DNA of 63,493 bases, counting the filler, from Octopus bimaculoides (Eukaryota), in NCBI RefSeq assembly GCF_001194135.2. It is 7 parts of 5 records of this genome, joined end to end, with 100 filler letters (N's around TTAATTAATTAA, not from the genome) between each part and the next. Parts side by side here need not be neighbours in the genome. Positions count along the whole stretch, not along the records: positions 1 to 24,807 come from NC_068981.1; 6 more parts are not named here. One strand, written 5' to 3'. Below are positions 1-11,670 of the stretch, in pieces. The position numbers and the translations under genes are program-made. Within the stretch, counting starts at the first letter, position 1. Each line of letters starts with the position of its first letter. Under the pieces are notes generated by a model. The model ran no database searches. It saw nothing but the letters and a program-made list of their open reading frames with translations, and was not told the origin of the DNA.

Positions 1-106
1 TATATATATATATATATCATGTATACGCGTATAAGCAAATAAATGCAAGAAGTGGCAAAAATAATATTCGAATACCGAGGAGAGTAATATGCTTATATTT
101 AAAATA

Positions 107-139
107 TTACTAAGCGTTTCACGTTACCGTTCATTGGAC
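107..139 (-). ncRNA. Degenerate minimal hammerhead-like motif
   Basis: Minus strand reads GT-CCAATGA-ACG-GTAA-CGT-GAAA-CGCTTAG-TA-A. Stem II ACG/CGT is intact; the core has decayed. Confidence 0.4.
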
Positions 140-154
140 GATTGTGAGGAGAAA

Positions 155-190
155 TGTGCGAGGAACGATAATGTGAAACTCCAAGTAACA
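155..190 (+). ncRNA. Degenerate minimal hammerhead-like motif
   Basis: TGT-GCGAGGA-ACG-ATAA-TGT-GAAA-CTCCAAG-TA-ACA. Stem I TGT/ACA; inverted partner of 107-139. Confidence 0.35.
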
Positions 191-713
191 ATTTATGAAG
201 ACTTTTCAGCTTTACTGAAGTATATATATTATGTGTATATGTGTGCGTGTGTGCGAGCGTGAGTGTATGTGTTGCGTGTGCGTCTGTGTCTATGCGTGTG
301 TGCTTGTGTGTGTGTGTGTGTTTGTGTGTGTGAGTGTGCGCGGCGTATTTATTAATTGATTAATCAGTTTAGTTATTAACGGCAATCTCTGGAGGAAGCG
401 GTTCTGCAACTTCTTACTGAAAAACCTGCACGGATAGTTTGTGCTTGCTCCCCCCATCGAATCGGCGTTGCCTGAATTGGTGCACGGTGTGCTACATGTC
501 GAATGTCAAAGTGACCACAGGTCTGCACTAGATGAAGTGTTATGCTGAAGAACAGAACGCGCAAAAGCCTTAGGAACACACACAAAGGCACAAAAGTCTT
601 AGACACAACAGAAAAAAGACTAAGCTTGAAATATGTCTAGAAATACCATATATATTGAGCATGCTTTTTCTCTACTTTTTCAATCAAAATGTATATGTGT
701 ACGTATACGTGTA

Positions 714-1476
714 TGAGGTCTGATTAATAAGTATCCGGACTGTTGCCATAGTAACGAAGCTAAAGCACGCAGAGTACAGTCACTTGGCACAGATTGACTT
801 TGCACCCTGCTGTGCCCGCACACTATGTTTTAACGTTCTAGTTCACTTCTGTTATTTGCAGCAGTGCTTGGAAGGAAAGTGTGTAGCGTGTGATCGTCGC
901 ATTAACCATGATAGAGAAAGTCGAGCAGAGAATCTGCATCGAATTTTACTGAGGGCTTGGTGATAGCTGCTCAGAGACCTACGCTAAGTTTTCAGAAAGT
1001 TTTCATCTTCCTCGACGCAATCACGGAGGTCTTGCGCAGCTGAAACCCGAGTATCTTTTTGGTCAACTGAAAGCAGTTTTAGCACAAACTTGGAGGACAC
1101 GCGTCTTATAACCAAATCTTCAGTGATAATGGACTCAACTGAACCGTAACTAATCTGCACATTTTCTGATAACTCACAGATGATGATTCGACGATTTACC
1201 CTCCCAGATGCCCGCACATCTGCGATGTTCTTCTGGTTATAGGTCTCCCAGAACGTTCAATATCGACATTGTTCGGCCATCTTGAAAACGTCTGAACAAC
1301 TTGTACACTCCTCTCCATACACTTTCTGCAACTTTGCATAGGCCTCTCAGCAGGTATTAAAACTTAGTGCGCATGCGCAGCAAAGTTTAAGGTCGATCTG
1401 TGCCAAGCAGCTTTCCTCTGTATGCTTTAGCTTCGTCACTATGGTAACAGTCCGGATACTTATTGATCAGACCACG
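714..1476. mobile_element. Rearranged non-autonomous mariner (both arms derive from the 5' end; about 105-bp inverted termini)
   Basis: Left TA|TGAGGTCTGATTAATAAGTATCCGGACTGTTGCCATAGT versus right ACTATGGTAACAGTCCGGATACTTATTGATCAGACCACG. Transposase N-terminus on + (908-1000, MIEKVEQRICIEFY*GLGDSCSETYAK) and a transposase HTH region on - (about 1350 to 984). Confidence 0.85.
984..1350 (-). pseudogene. Mariner transposase fragment (HTH/linker region)
   Basis: NRRIIICELSENVQISYGSVESIITEDLVIRRVSSKFVLKLLSVDQKDTRVSAAQDLRDCVEEDENFLKT matches the mariner region upstream of the first catalytic Asp. Confidence 0.85.
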
Positions 1477-2176
1477 CATGTAAGAAAGCGCTAAATGCTA
1501 AGTTAGAACAGTCAACATGTTTCTTGTCATTTTCAGATATTCTATGTATCATACTAACAGTGTATTATAGCCACAGACACACGTACTAACAGGCATAGAT
1601 ACATGTATGCATACACATGCATACACATACACACGCATAAATACACACACACACACACGCACTCATTGTGATTAACTCTTTATAGTTACATACCGTAGTA
1701 AAAATGACTAAAGCAAATTTTAATAGTTCAACATCAAATTTTGTTACTCATAGTCGTAACATTTTATTGTACTGTTCAAAGTATACAATGTATACATATT
1801 TTAGATAATATATGGTACATTTAATGTATATATTGAACAGTACCAGAAAAATGTAAAATCTGGTGGAGAAAAAAATCACTTTTAGCTTTATATTACATGA
1901 CAACCATATTGATACATGCACACATACAAACACACACGTTCTACTTAACGCTCTCTCTCGCTCTCTCTCTCTCTCTATTTGTATGTGGGTGTATATATAT
2001 CTATGGATATTTCTATACCTATATAGGTGTGTGTGCATGTATTTATATATGTATGCACGCACATGTATATGAATATACGTACCTTTGTGTGTGTGTGTGT
2101 GTATATATATCTATATATAAATATATATATATATATACATGAATATATATATAAATATATAAATATATATATATGA

Positions 2177-2211
<35 letters not shown>

Positions 2212-2450
2212 NNNNNNNNNNNNNNNNNNNNNNNNNNNNNNNNNNNNNNNNNNNNNNNNNNNNNNNNNNNNNNNNNNNNNNNNNNNNNNNNNNNNNNNNN
2301 NNNNNNNNNNNNNNNNNNNNNNNNNNNNNNNNNNNNNNNNNNNNNNNNNNNNNNNNNNNNNNNNNNNNNNNNNNNNNNNNNNNNNNNNNNNNNNNNNNNN
2401 NNNNNNNNNNNNNNNNNNNNNNNNNNNNNNNNNNNNNNNNNNNNNNNNNN

Positions 2451-2490
<40 letters not shown>

Positions 2491-3943
2491 TACACTATAT
2501 ACGCATAGAAGTATATTCACACATACTTTTATTTAAATACACATATCTTCAAACACACCTGTATATGTAAAACCCATCACTTGTTAATATTTACAGATAT
2601 CTCCTATGTATAGGTAAATATGTGTGTATCAATACATTCATACACTGATCTAATATATACACTCATTGACATTTATACTCGCACATTCATATATAATACA
2701 TGCATAGACATAATTTTACTTATATGCACAATATACATGATTTATACATACTCCAGCACATTCGCTCATATATACATACACACAGGCACACATGTACACA
2801 TGCACACATACATATGCATACTTGCACATATGTTTATATACAAGATTTTAACCACCCTTGTCAACAATAGACCGACATGTTATTCTTTTTCCACTGTAGC
2901 ATTTTACTTAGATTTGTTTAATATACAGCTAACATGAAAATGAGATTACAACTTTGACATACCATAAAAATACACGTAACAGACAAACAATATAACATTG
3001 TGTCATCTTTTGTCTGCTGTTTATTTGATGTATCGTAAATGTGTTGTTTTCTCACTTTATTTACACCGATAGTGTAACTTTTCCATTATTAGTCAGTCGG
3101 AGGATGAGAGCGAAATGTGAGCGACACTTGTGCTTTACTGACTGATTGCACTTAAGTTACAATATGGAGTTTGCTTGTGTGCAATGTTTTGTTTAATAGT
3201 TATCAGCGTTCCCTCATTGGACCAATGGCACAGCAATGCACAGTTGAAGCAATGTTTTGATGCATGTTGCCATTATTTCTGTTTCCTACTCAACTGCTCA
3301 AGTGTATAGTGTAAAGCCTCTTAAATGTCAGACTGAGGCATACAGCTTTGTATCTATCGAATATGCATATACACATGCATGTATTTATGTATGTATATAT
3401 CTATGCATATGTATGTGTGTGTATACATATGTATATACACACATACATCCACGCAGACATACACACACATATATATATAAGGGCATTACTATACAAGAAT
3501 GCCCTTATATAAATAAATATATTTTGGGGAATAAATGATGGATTTTTTCCCTTATGAGGTTTTTTTCACGCTAGCTACTTGATGAATTCTTGTAAAAGAA
3601 TTCATCCTATTANNNNNNNNNNNNNNNNNNNNNNNNNNNNNNNNNNNNNNNNNNNNNNNNNNNNNNNNNNNNNNNNNNNNNNNNNNNNNNNNNNNNNNNN
3701 NNNNNNNNNNNNNNNNNNNNNNNNNNNNNNNNNNNNNNNNNNNNNNNNNNNNNNNNNNNNNNNNNNNNNNNNNNNNNNNNNNNNNNNNNNNNTTATATGG
3801 GGGGTGTTAAGTGAGACACAGAGTGAGTAGTGTATGTGTGCATATATGAAGACAATAGATAATTAAAAAAAGACAGCAGCATCGGCGGGCTAAGGTTTAA
3901 GAAATGCGGTTTCATCTTTACGTTTTAATGGGGAAAAAAAGTG

Positions 3944-3979
3944 CTTTAACGTTTCAGAAGTCCGTCCTTCATCAGAGGT
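3944..3979 (-). ncRNA. Minimal hammerhead-like motif (PLE-type), degenerate
   Basis: Minus strand CCT-CTGATGA-AGGACGGACTTCT-GAAA-CGTT. Canonical core and palindromic AACGTT; stems I and II are imperfect. Confidence 0.5.
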
Positions 3980-4659
3980 AACAAAAGATGCACGCGGGAG
4001 TGAGAAAGAATAAGTATGTGACTCATGGAAAACCGGGAACGAGAGGTTAGGAACCAAGTAGGAAGAAGGTAGTTCTATGAAGGAGGTGAGGATTGAGAAA
4101 GAGTGGGTGTGTATGTGCAAGTGTAGGAGTGTATCGGTGTCTGGAAGCGGGCTTATGGAGGAGTGAGTATACGTGTATGCGTATGTATAGAAGTAGGAAA
4201 ATGCAGAAGTATAGTAGCGTAAGCTGGAAGGGTGTGAGAAGTTTGTGCCTGTATAATTGTATGTGTGTGTGGGGAAGACGTAGATGTAATAGGATGGATA
4301 CTAGCGCGAATGTGAGGTAGATGGTAAGATAAGAGATATAGGGAGGGTGGTGATAGATATGTCTGCAACCTTGAAGTGTGAGACGCTATGAGACGGAAGG
4401 AAGGTTTGAACGTAAAATAAGTAAAATTAGGGAGCTCTGTTAGAAATGGAATGTTAAAGAATGAAGAAAGCTGCACGTATAATACATAACTTAGAAGCAG
4501 CGCTACAGATGTACCAACACACACGAGATTGAGACATAGCCGACTTCACGCATTTCTCATGAGGAATTCCAGAAGAAGCTTCGTGAGACCACTACTGAGA
4601 CGCTTCCGAAAAAAGAAAAGCCATTGGAAAACAGATTATAGCAGCGACTCTATCTAAGA

Positions 4660-4697
4660 ATATCTGAAGAAGGAATTGTATTCCGTAATATCATCGG
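4660..4697 (+). ncRNA. Degenerate hammerhead-like motif
   Basis: CTGAAGA-A-GGAA-TTGTA-TTCC-GTAATATC. Stem II GGAA/TTCC is intact; GTAATATC is interpretable as a decayed GAAACGTC. Confidence 0.35.
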
Positions 4698-5104
4698 ACG
4701 ATAGATAACTAAATTACATGTATATAGTCCATTTTTTGTATTATGGTGCATTGTTGTACCATTCAAAATATTTTATTCTTTATATCATTTAAGAATTAAA
4801 GGATATTGTCAAAAAGTCTGGAGAGGCTTCATAGAGTGTCCACAGGATGGTGAAGAAATAGTGTACAAAAGTGTTTGGTTAGACGACTACCAAGGTAAGA
4901 GGAATGTAGAAGATGTGATTGGCATGTGTGCAGTTAGCACCGGTTGTGTAGTGGTGGCACTCGTTTACGACGATTACACAATGTCAAGACGAGGACACAC
5001 AAACACATACATCACACATACACACGCATGTGCTCACACATACACGTACACACACAAACACATACACACACGCACACATACACACATGTATGCATAGGAT
5101 GGGT

Positions 5105-5215
5105 TCCTTTCGGTTTTCATCAGCCAAATCCAATCGTTGGTTGATCCTAGGTCACAACAGAAGACACTTGCCCAAGATGCTGTACATTGGGACTGAACTT
5201 CAACCCATGTGGACG
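5105..5215 (-). mobile_element. tRNA-derived SINE family A, degenerate 5' fragment
   Basis: AGACACTTGCCCAAG...GGGACTGAAC...CCATGTGG shared with the fuller copies at 6066-6467 and 28877-29262. Confidence 0.6.
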
Positions 5216-6065
5216 GAAATCAAAATTCTTATTTATGAAGTTAAAATATAAATGCTTGTATAAAAAATTTCAAGTGTTAAGAATTTTTTAGGAGATAGAA
5301 TTCCATATAACAAAACCAAATCTAAGAAGGAAAAAAGATAATGTGAAGATGTCTAATGTTATCAAAACATCTGGAACTGTCACTCTTGTCTAATTAGGAT
5401 TACACTATTCGGTTCCCTTATCATATTACTAATTTTAATTAAGATTTCAGTGCAGCAACGTCTTTCTACCGATGTTGATGGTTTTCTCCCTTGCCTTTGT
5501 TAGGTGAATTTAATCACTATTCAAAGTTTGTTTTTCTTCAATATAAGCATAGAAAAAAATGATGTTTCCTCATGAGGGCCAGTTTACCGGTTTCAATGCA
5601 CATATATTCCCCACATGAACGGAACGCCGGTCCGTCGCAGGGTTACATCATTTTTGCCCTAACCATTCCCCTAACCATTAAGCCACGCGCCTTCATTCAA
5701 TATGATTACAGTCACATTGAATGTATTAGCGTTTACTTTCGTACTTAAATGTTAGTCCAGTGTTACATCATCATGATCGCCACCACCGCCACCACTTATT
5801 TAACATTTAAATTTCGCATGCTTGTATGGTTAAGACGGTATTCGTTGAGGTAGATTTTCTACGGCTGGATACACTTCCTGTCACAAAACCTCACCTGTTT
5901 CCAAGCAAGTTAATATTTCCCCTTAACCGAGACTGCTTTCACAATATGCTGAAAATGAATGACCACGCTTGTATAATGGTGATGCTTGCTTACATCTACG
6001 ATGCGATTAAAACACAAAGACACATATACATAGTTTATATATGTATATATATATATATATATATT

Positions 6066-6467
6066 CTTTTACTCGTTTACTTGTTTCAGTCATTTGACTG
6101 TGGCCATGCTGGAACACCGCCTTTTTCAGTCGAGCAAATCGACCCCAGGGACTTATTCTTTGGAAGCCTAGTACTTATTCTATCAGTCTCTTTTGCAGAA
6201 CCACTAGGTTACAGAGACGTAAACACACCAGCATCGGTTGTCAAGCGATGTTGGGGGGACAAACACAGTCACACAAACATACACACACACATACATATAT
6301 ATATATACATATATACGACGGGCTTCTTTCAGTTTCCGTCTACCAAATCCACTCACAAGACTTTGGTCGGCCCGAGGCTATAGTAGAAGTCACTTGCCCA
6401 AGGTGCCACGCAGTGGGATGGAACCCGGAACCATGTGGTTCGTAAGCAAGCTACTTACCACACAGCC
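6066..6467 (-). mobile_element. tRNA-derived SINE family A, near full length, with internal (TA)/(TG) microsatellite
   Basis: Reverse complement of the 28877-29262 copy. A-box-like GGCTGTGTGG, B-box-like GGTTCCGGGTTC, and a 3' CAGTCAAATGACTGAAACAAG tail. Confidence 0.85.
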
Positions 6468-6579
6468 GCACGAGTAAGTAGATACTTATAAAAAAGAATA
6501 ATGAAGATGCTACTTTTTTTATAAAATTAGGTACATTTGAATTTCTTTATATAAATACATTAAAAGAAAAATGCTTTTC

Positions 6580-6617
6580 TTTTGCATGTTTCAGTTTTTG
6601 AAAAACCTTATCAAAAA
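6580..6617 (-). ncRNA. Minimal hammerhead ribozyme motif, U3-A8 variant
   Basis: TTT-TTGATAA-GGTTTT-TCA-AAAACT-GAAA-CATG-CA-AAA on the minus strand. Confidence 0.6.
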
Positions 6618-6794
6618 TATATACAAAAATGGAATATGTAGAGAAAATGTCATTAATAAAATTATTAAAATAAATGTTCATAAAATACTTCCTTTTTTCC
6701 TGCAAGAGCAAGTGGTAATTTCCTTTAATTTTCGTGGCATTACTAGTGGCATTGTCTGTGATGGCAAATTAAGTAGTGTGGTCAATACTGTTTT

Positions 6795-7094
6795 CTATAG
6801 GAGTGGCTGGAGCAGTCGATTAACTAGTAGCAGTAATAATAATAGTTTCGTGCTAATGCGTTCATTTTGGCCAGCATTGTCTTTGAATTTGTATAATGGA
6901 AAAGTTGTGAATTTGGGAAATTTGTTGGATGTACATTCATCTATGTGTTGGCTGACAGGTATTTTCCTGTATTCCGGAATTCTAATTTGAGATTTGCGCA
7001 CTGTCATCCTCTGACGTATACTGTTTTTTGTGTGTCCAATATATTGCCGTTTGCATCCCGAGCATGTAATTAAGTAAATCAAGTTCTCCGACTG
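6795..7094 (-). pseudogene. PLE GIY-YIG endonuclease fragment
   Basis: ENLIYLITCSGCKRQYIGHTKNSIRQRMTVRKSQIRIPEYRKIPVSQHIDEC...FPLYK: IY..YIG.T..R motif with the CxxC insertion typical of PLE endonucleases. Confidence 0.85.
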
Positions 7095-7313
7095 CTCCAG
7101 TCACGCCTATAGAAAACAGTCTTCACCACACTACTTAATTTACCATCACAGAGAGTAGTAATTTGCCATCACAGACAGTGCCACTAGTATTGCTACGAAA
7201 ATTAAAGGAAATCGCCACGTGCTCTTGCAGGACAAAAGAAAGTACACTATGAACGTTTATTTTAATAATTTTATTAATAACTTTTCTCTCTACATATTCC
7301 ATTTTAGTATATA

Positions 7314-7351
7314 TTTTTGGTAAGGTCTTTCAAAAACCGAAACATGTAAAA
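7314..7351 (+). ncRNA. Minimal hammerhead ribozyme motif, U3-A8 variant
   Basis: TTT-TTGGTAA-GGTCTT-TCA-AAAACC-GAAA-CATG-TA-AAA. Palindromic ACATGT stem III with a GUA triplet. Confidence 0.6.
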
Positions 7352-7472
7352 CAAAAACATTTTCCTTTAAATGTATCTATATAAAGAAATTCAAATGTAC
7401 CTAATTTTAAGAATGTAGCATTTTTGTTCTTCTTTTTCACACATAAACACACACACACACACACACACACAT

Positions 7473-7529
<57 letters not shown>

Positions 7530-7773
7530 NNNNNNNNNNNNNNNNNNNNNNNNNNNNNNNNNNNNNNNNNNNNNNNNNNNNNNNNNNNNNNNNNNNNNNN
7601 NNNNNNNNNNNNNNNNNNNNNNNNNNNNNNNNNNNNNNNNNNNNNNNNNNNNNNNNNNNNNNNNNNNNNNNNNNNNNNNNNNNNNNNNNNNNNNNNNNNN
7701 NNNNNNNNNNNNNNNNNNNNNNNNNNNNNNNNNNNNNNNNNNNNNNNNNNNNNNNNNNNNNNNNNNNNNNNNN

Positions 7774-7812
<39 letters not shown>

Positions 7813-7821
7813 TACAACATG

Positions 7822-7948
7822 TTTCTTTAAGTTTCCGTCTACTAAATCCATTCACAAGGCTTTGGTTGACCTGGAGTTGTGGAGGATACCCGCCACTACA
7901 ACTGTGGGACTGCACCTGAAACGATGTGGTTAGGAAAATAACGCAGCC
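7822..7948 (-). mobile_element. SINE family A, degenerate 5' fragment
   Basis: AGTTTCCGTCTACTAAATCCATTCACAAGGCTTTGGT...GGGACTG...ATGTGGTT. Confidence 0.65.
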
Positions 7949-8619
7949 AAGCCTGCACCTCCATATGCTCGTTACATGGAATGAAATATCAGACAGAAGA
8001 AATTTGTTTAGATGTTTATACATACCATATAGTTCAGTAACTTCTTATACTCGTTGTTGTGCTGTTCCACTAAACAATCAAGTTGATAAAGTTCATTTTG
8101 GATTCCTATCAAAAGAAAGAATATGAAAAACATGAGAATTGTATGAATAAAAAACATTTCAATGTTGTAGGATCATCCAGAATGTATTATTCCTTAAAAT
8201 CAAACACGTTAGATATATTCTAAACTATTACAGTATATTGACAAAGCTGTGTAATTTTAGTAGCTTGTTGTCAGAACATGGCCGAAAACCTTTTCATTTG
8301 ATTCCGTTAAAACTCGATCCTCTGCCTGAAGTATTTCTCAGTTATTACATCATCTACCAAGTGGTGCATGGTTCTGATCTTACCATTAATTGCCAAGCCT
8401 GACATTCGATGAAGTGTTCTTCAACGGAACTTATTCAGATCGTTTTCGTTAATTAAGTTGGCCTCGATCACCTTCAAATTTTCGAAGTTGAATGGCTTAA
8501 GGCTCGTCCCATTTCTCGGTAATAACTTCTGAGAGATGAAATATCAGCAGTCTAAAAGTGAACAGCAATAGATAATACCCTGCAGCCAGTGATGAACCAT
8601 CACCTTATTTCATTTCTCT

Positions 8620-8845
8620 CTTGCATTCATCATCATTATCACCACCACCATCATCATCATAATCATCATCATCATTATCATCATCATCATCATAATCATC
8701 ATCATCATCACCATCACCAACACCACCATCGCCGCCGCCGCCACCACCATCATCACCATCATCACCATCATCACTATCACCAGCACAAAACACTACCATT
8801 ATCATCATCACCACCGTTGTGATCATGATCATAATCATCACCATT

Positions 8846-8876
<31 letters not shown>

Positions 8877-9027
8877 ACATCATCATCATCATCATCATCA
8901 TCGTCATCATCATCATCATCATCATCATCATCAACATCATCATCATCATCATCATCACCATCATCATCATCGTCATCATCACCATCATCATCATCGTCAT
9001 CATCATCGTCATCATCATCATCATCAA

Positions 9028-9099
<72 letters not shown>

Positions 9100-9476
9100 T
9101 GTAGTCATCACCATCATCATTATGATGATGATGGTGATGAATCTTTTCTTCTCTTTTTCGATACAACCATCACCATCACGCACACCCGCTCCACCCACAC
9201 CCGCTCCACCCACACCCGCTCCACCCACACCCGCTCCACCCACGCCTCTCTCTACCTTCTCCTTCTTCGCCCTATACCAAACATCGTTTATTATCATCGT
9301 CGTCGTCGTAGTTATTACTAACATCTTCATCACCCTCCTCCTCCACCTCCTTATCATCATCATAATCATCATCTTCATCCTCATCGTCATCATCTTTTTT
9401 CATACTGTCATCAATACTACCACTTTCAACACCGTTATTATTATTGTTGTTGATGTCATCGTTATCGTCGTCGTCG

Positions 9477-9530
<54 letters not shown>

Positions 9531-9568
9531 ACATCATCATAATGATAATAACGATGATAATAATAATA

Positions 9569-9640
<72 letters not shown>

Positions 9641-9690
9641 GTTGTTATTATTATTATTATTATAATTATTATTATCATCATCATTATTGT
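8620..9690. repeat. Compound trinucleotide microsatellite array (CAT/CAC/CGT, then ATT)
   Basis: Direct reading. It explains the poly-H, poly-I, poly-M and poly-D ORFs. Confidence 0.95.
9181..9240. repeat. 15-bp tandem repeat (CACACCCGCTCCACC)x4
   Basis: Four exact units read directly. Confidence 0.9.
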
Positions 9691-9874
9691 TATGCTGCAG
9701 CTGTCAAAGATATAATCAGGTATCTATAGCTCCGTGTATTTCTTCAAGCACTGCAAGTAAAGATTATAAGTGGACACATATACACACACGCACACACGCA
9801 CACACACGCACACACACACACGCACGCACACGCACGCACGCACACACGCTAACTCTGTTAGATAAACAATCGTG

Positions 9875-9926
<52 letters not shown>

Positions 9927-10719
9927 CATACATACATACATACATACATACATACACAGATACATAATGCATGCATATCTACACACGCACACAGTCGTAA
10001 GTGTCTTAAGTGTCATAAACCCATCAGCATTGAACGCAAGCCTATTCTAAGATGTATAATTGCACATATCTACACATTCATACTCATCCATACACTCATA
10101 TCCTCATACACATACACATATGCGTGCATGTCTTTGTGTTCATATTACATCTATAAACACACAACACACACACATACAAACGCACACATATATTCGCACA
10201 CATACGTATTCAGAACATAACCCCTTAACATACAAACACATACACATGTACACGAGCATAGATATTTTGTAAAGCCAAAAGTCCAGAAGGGTATATTTAA
10301 TTGTGTAAAAGCAAGCTGCCATGAAGACAAAACTTTCAATTTAGATTCTAATCATCATAATTACCTTTGATAGGGGTGGCTGTATAGGCTTATTGTGTTA
10401 TTGTTGAAGACAAACAGCTAATTACATCAATTCCAAAGCCTGTCATGCCAAACCGACCTATACACAATTTAGAAGAACTGGCTTTGATGAGATTCTAACT
10501 TGAACGCTACTTTGAAAATTCTGTCCAAATCTAAAATCATGTCATGCAGTTAATATAATTGAAACTAAGAATAACGTCTTCTCATCATAGAAATGTGACA
10601 AGCGTGAACGTTCATGGAAGTACGAGGGTGTTGATACAAATAGCAGCTAGCTTCCTTAGAGATAACAAAGCTGCAGAAACAGTATGGAGTTACACCTGCG
10701 AGTGTGGTCAGATTCCATG

Positions 10720-11157
10720 TGTGGGCTTTGCTGTCCAATTCTTGACAATTGTTGTCAAAGAATTCGTTGGTCTTCGCAAGAAACAAATCGATTGATTCTT
10801 GGAACTGTGATTTTGGCGGATAAACGACACGACACAATCATCAGCGCTTACGAATCCACAATGACAGGTACAAAGGAAATCACGCAAAAGTTCTACGAAG
10901 AACTGGATTCTTTTATCTGGTTTGTGCCAAACCAAGACAGACTTATTGTTCTTGGTGATTGCAAAGTCTGGGACGGATCTATTATAAGAAATGCGAGGAA
11001 ACTATCGTAAGGGATCGAGTTGCAAAGTGTAACCATAACATCCTGCTGCTGTGGATCATATGATCAGCTTGTTACAAATACCGTCTTCCACCTGCAGAAC
11101 GAGATGGATACACTCCGCTTCTAATACAGGCATCATATCGCTTATATTATCGTCAGG
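10720..11157 (+). pseudogene. RTE-clade LINE AP-endonuclease fragment, frameshifted
   Basis: RHDTIISAYESTMT..KFYEELDSFI.FVPNQDRLIVLGD, then LVTNTVFHL and HIAYIIVR, matching RTE APE motifs. Confidence 0.75.
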
Positions 11158-11419
11158 TAAAGAGAAAATTCAATTAGCATTTAGTTGAGAATAAAACATA
11201 TTATGGGAACAGCAAAGATAAAGAGGCCTGATTCTTTTCATTTATTTCTGTTTTCAGTATTGATTTAATGTGTCTGGAACATTCCGTCATGACCATTTCT
11301 TTTATAAGTGTGTTGAAATCCGTCTAGCTCAGCGATTTCTAAGTCTTTCTAAGTCTTTCTAAGTCTGTGTTAGTTGTAATACTCTTATCTCTGTTTCTTT
11401 TCTTATATGACATTAGCGT

Positions 11420-11570
11420 TCTTAATTTTCTTCTCTTCAAAGATACTTTGGCGTATTTTTCTAATTCGAATCTCGTATCAATTCTTCTTACATATATCGA
11501 TGCTCTGTCAGCAGCAGTGATTATCGTCTTCACTGTACAATTTAATGTAGTATAGAGGTCGTTCTCAGAT
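11420..11570 (-). pseudogene. Possible non-LTR RT fragment (R2-superfamily-like)
   Basis: ENDLYT...RRIDTRFELEKYAKVSLKRRKL resembles the recalled MDDLKLY...DIGMEFGLEKCAK..LKRGK motif. Confidence 0.4.
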
Positions 11571-11670
11571 GAGTCCTTCAGTGGTACTCCAAACTATTTC
11601 AGTCCTCCGTACAATTTGCTAGCTTTCCAATAGTTCCTACTTTCACATCTTTCTTTAGTATATTCACATA

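Larger units (their letters stand above)
19..222. mobile_element. Old, degenerate foldback element (PLE-terminus-like) with paired outward-facing hammerhead-like motifs
   Basis: 107-139 and the reverse complement of 156-188 match at 25/33 positions, with a 16-bp spacer. Flanked by (TA)n and (TG)n. Confidence 0.45.
6490..7436 (-). mobile_element. 5'-truncated Penelope-like element with inverted terminal (pLTR) repeats
   Basis: Arms about 6490-6818 and about 7089-7436 are reverse complements. The spacer encodes a GIY-YIG fragment, and each arm carries an HHR motif. Confidence 0.85.

Noticed and set aside
376-606. Protein-like frames near the window start
   Set aside because: The plus-strand frame has a stop right after the nearest acceptors. 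The minus strand has only a faint LINE-RT resemblance, which is not supportable.
3581-3606. Perfect 11-bp hairpin GATGAATTCTT-GTAA-AAGAATTCATC
   Set aside because: Isolated and next to a gap, with no Helitron CTRR end or other context. Bacterial-style terminators are not relevant here.
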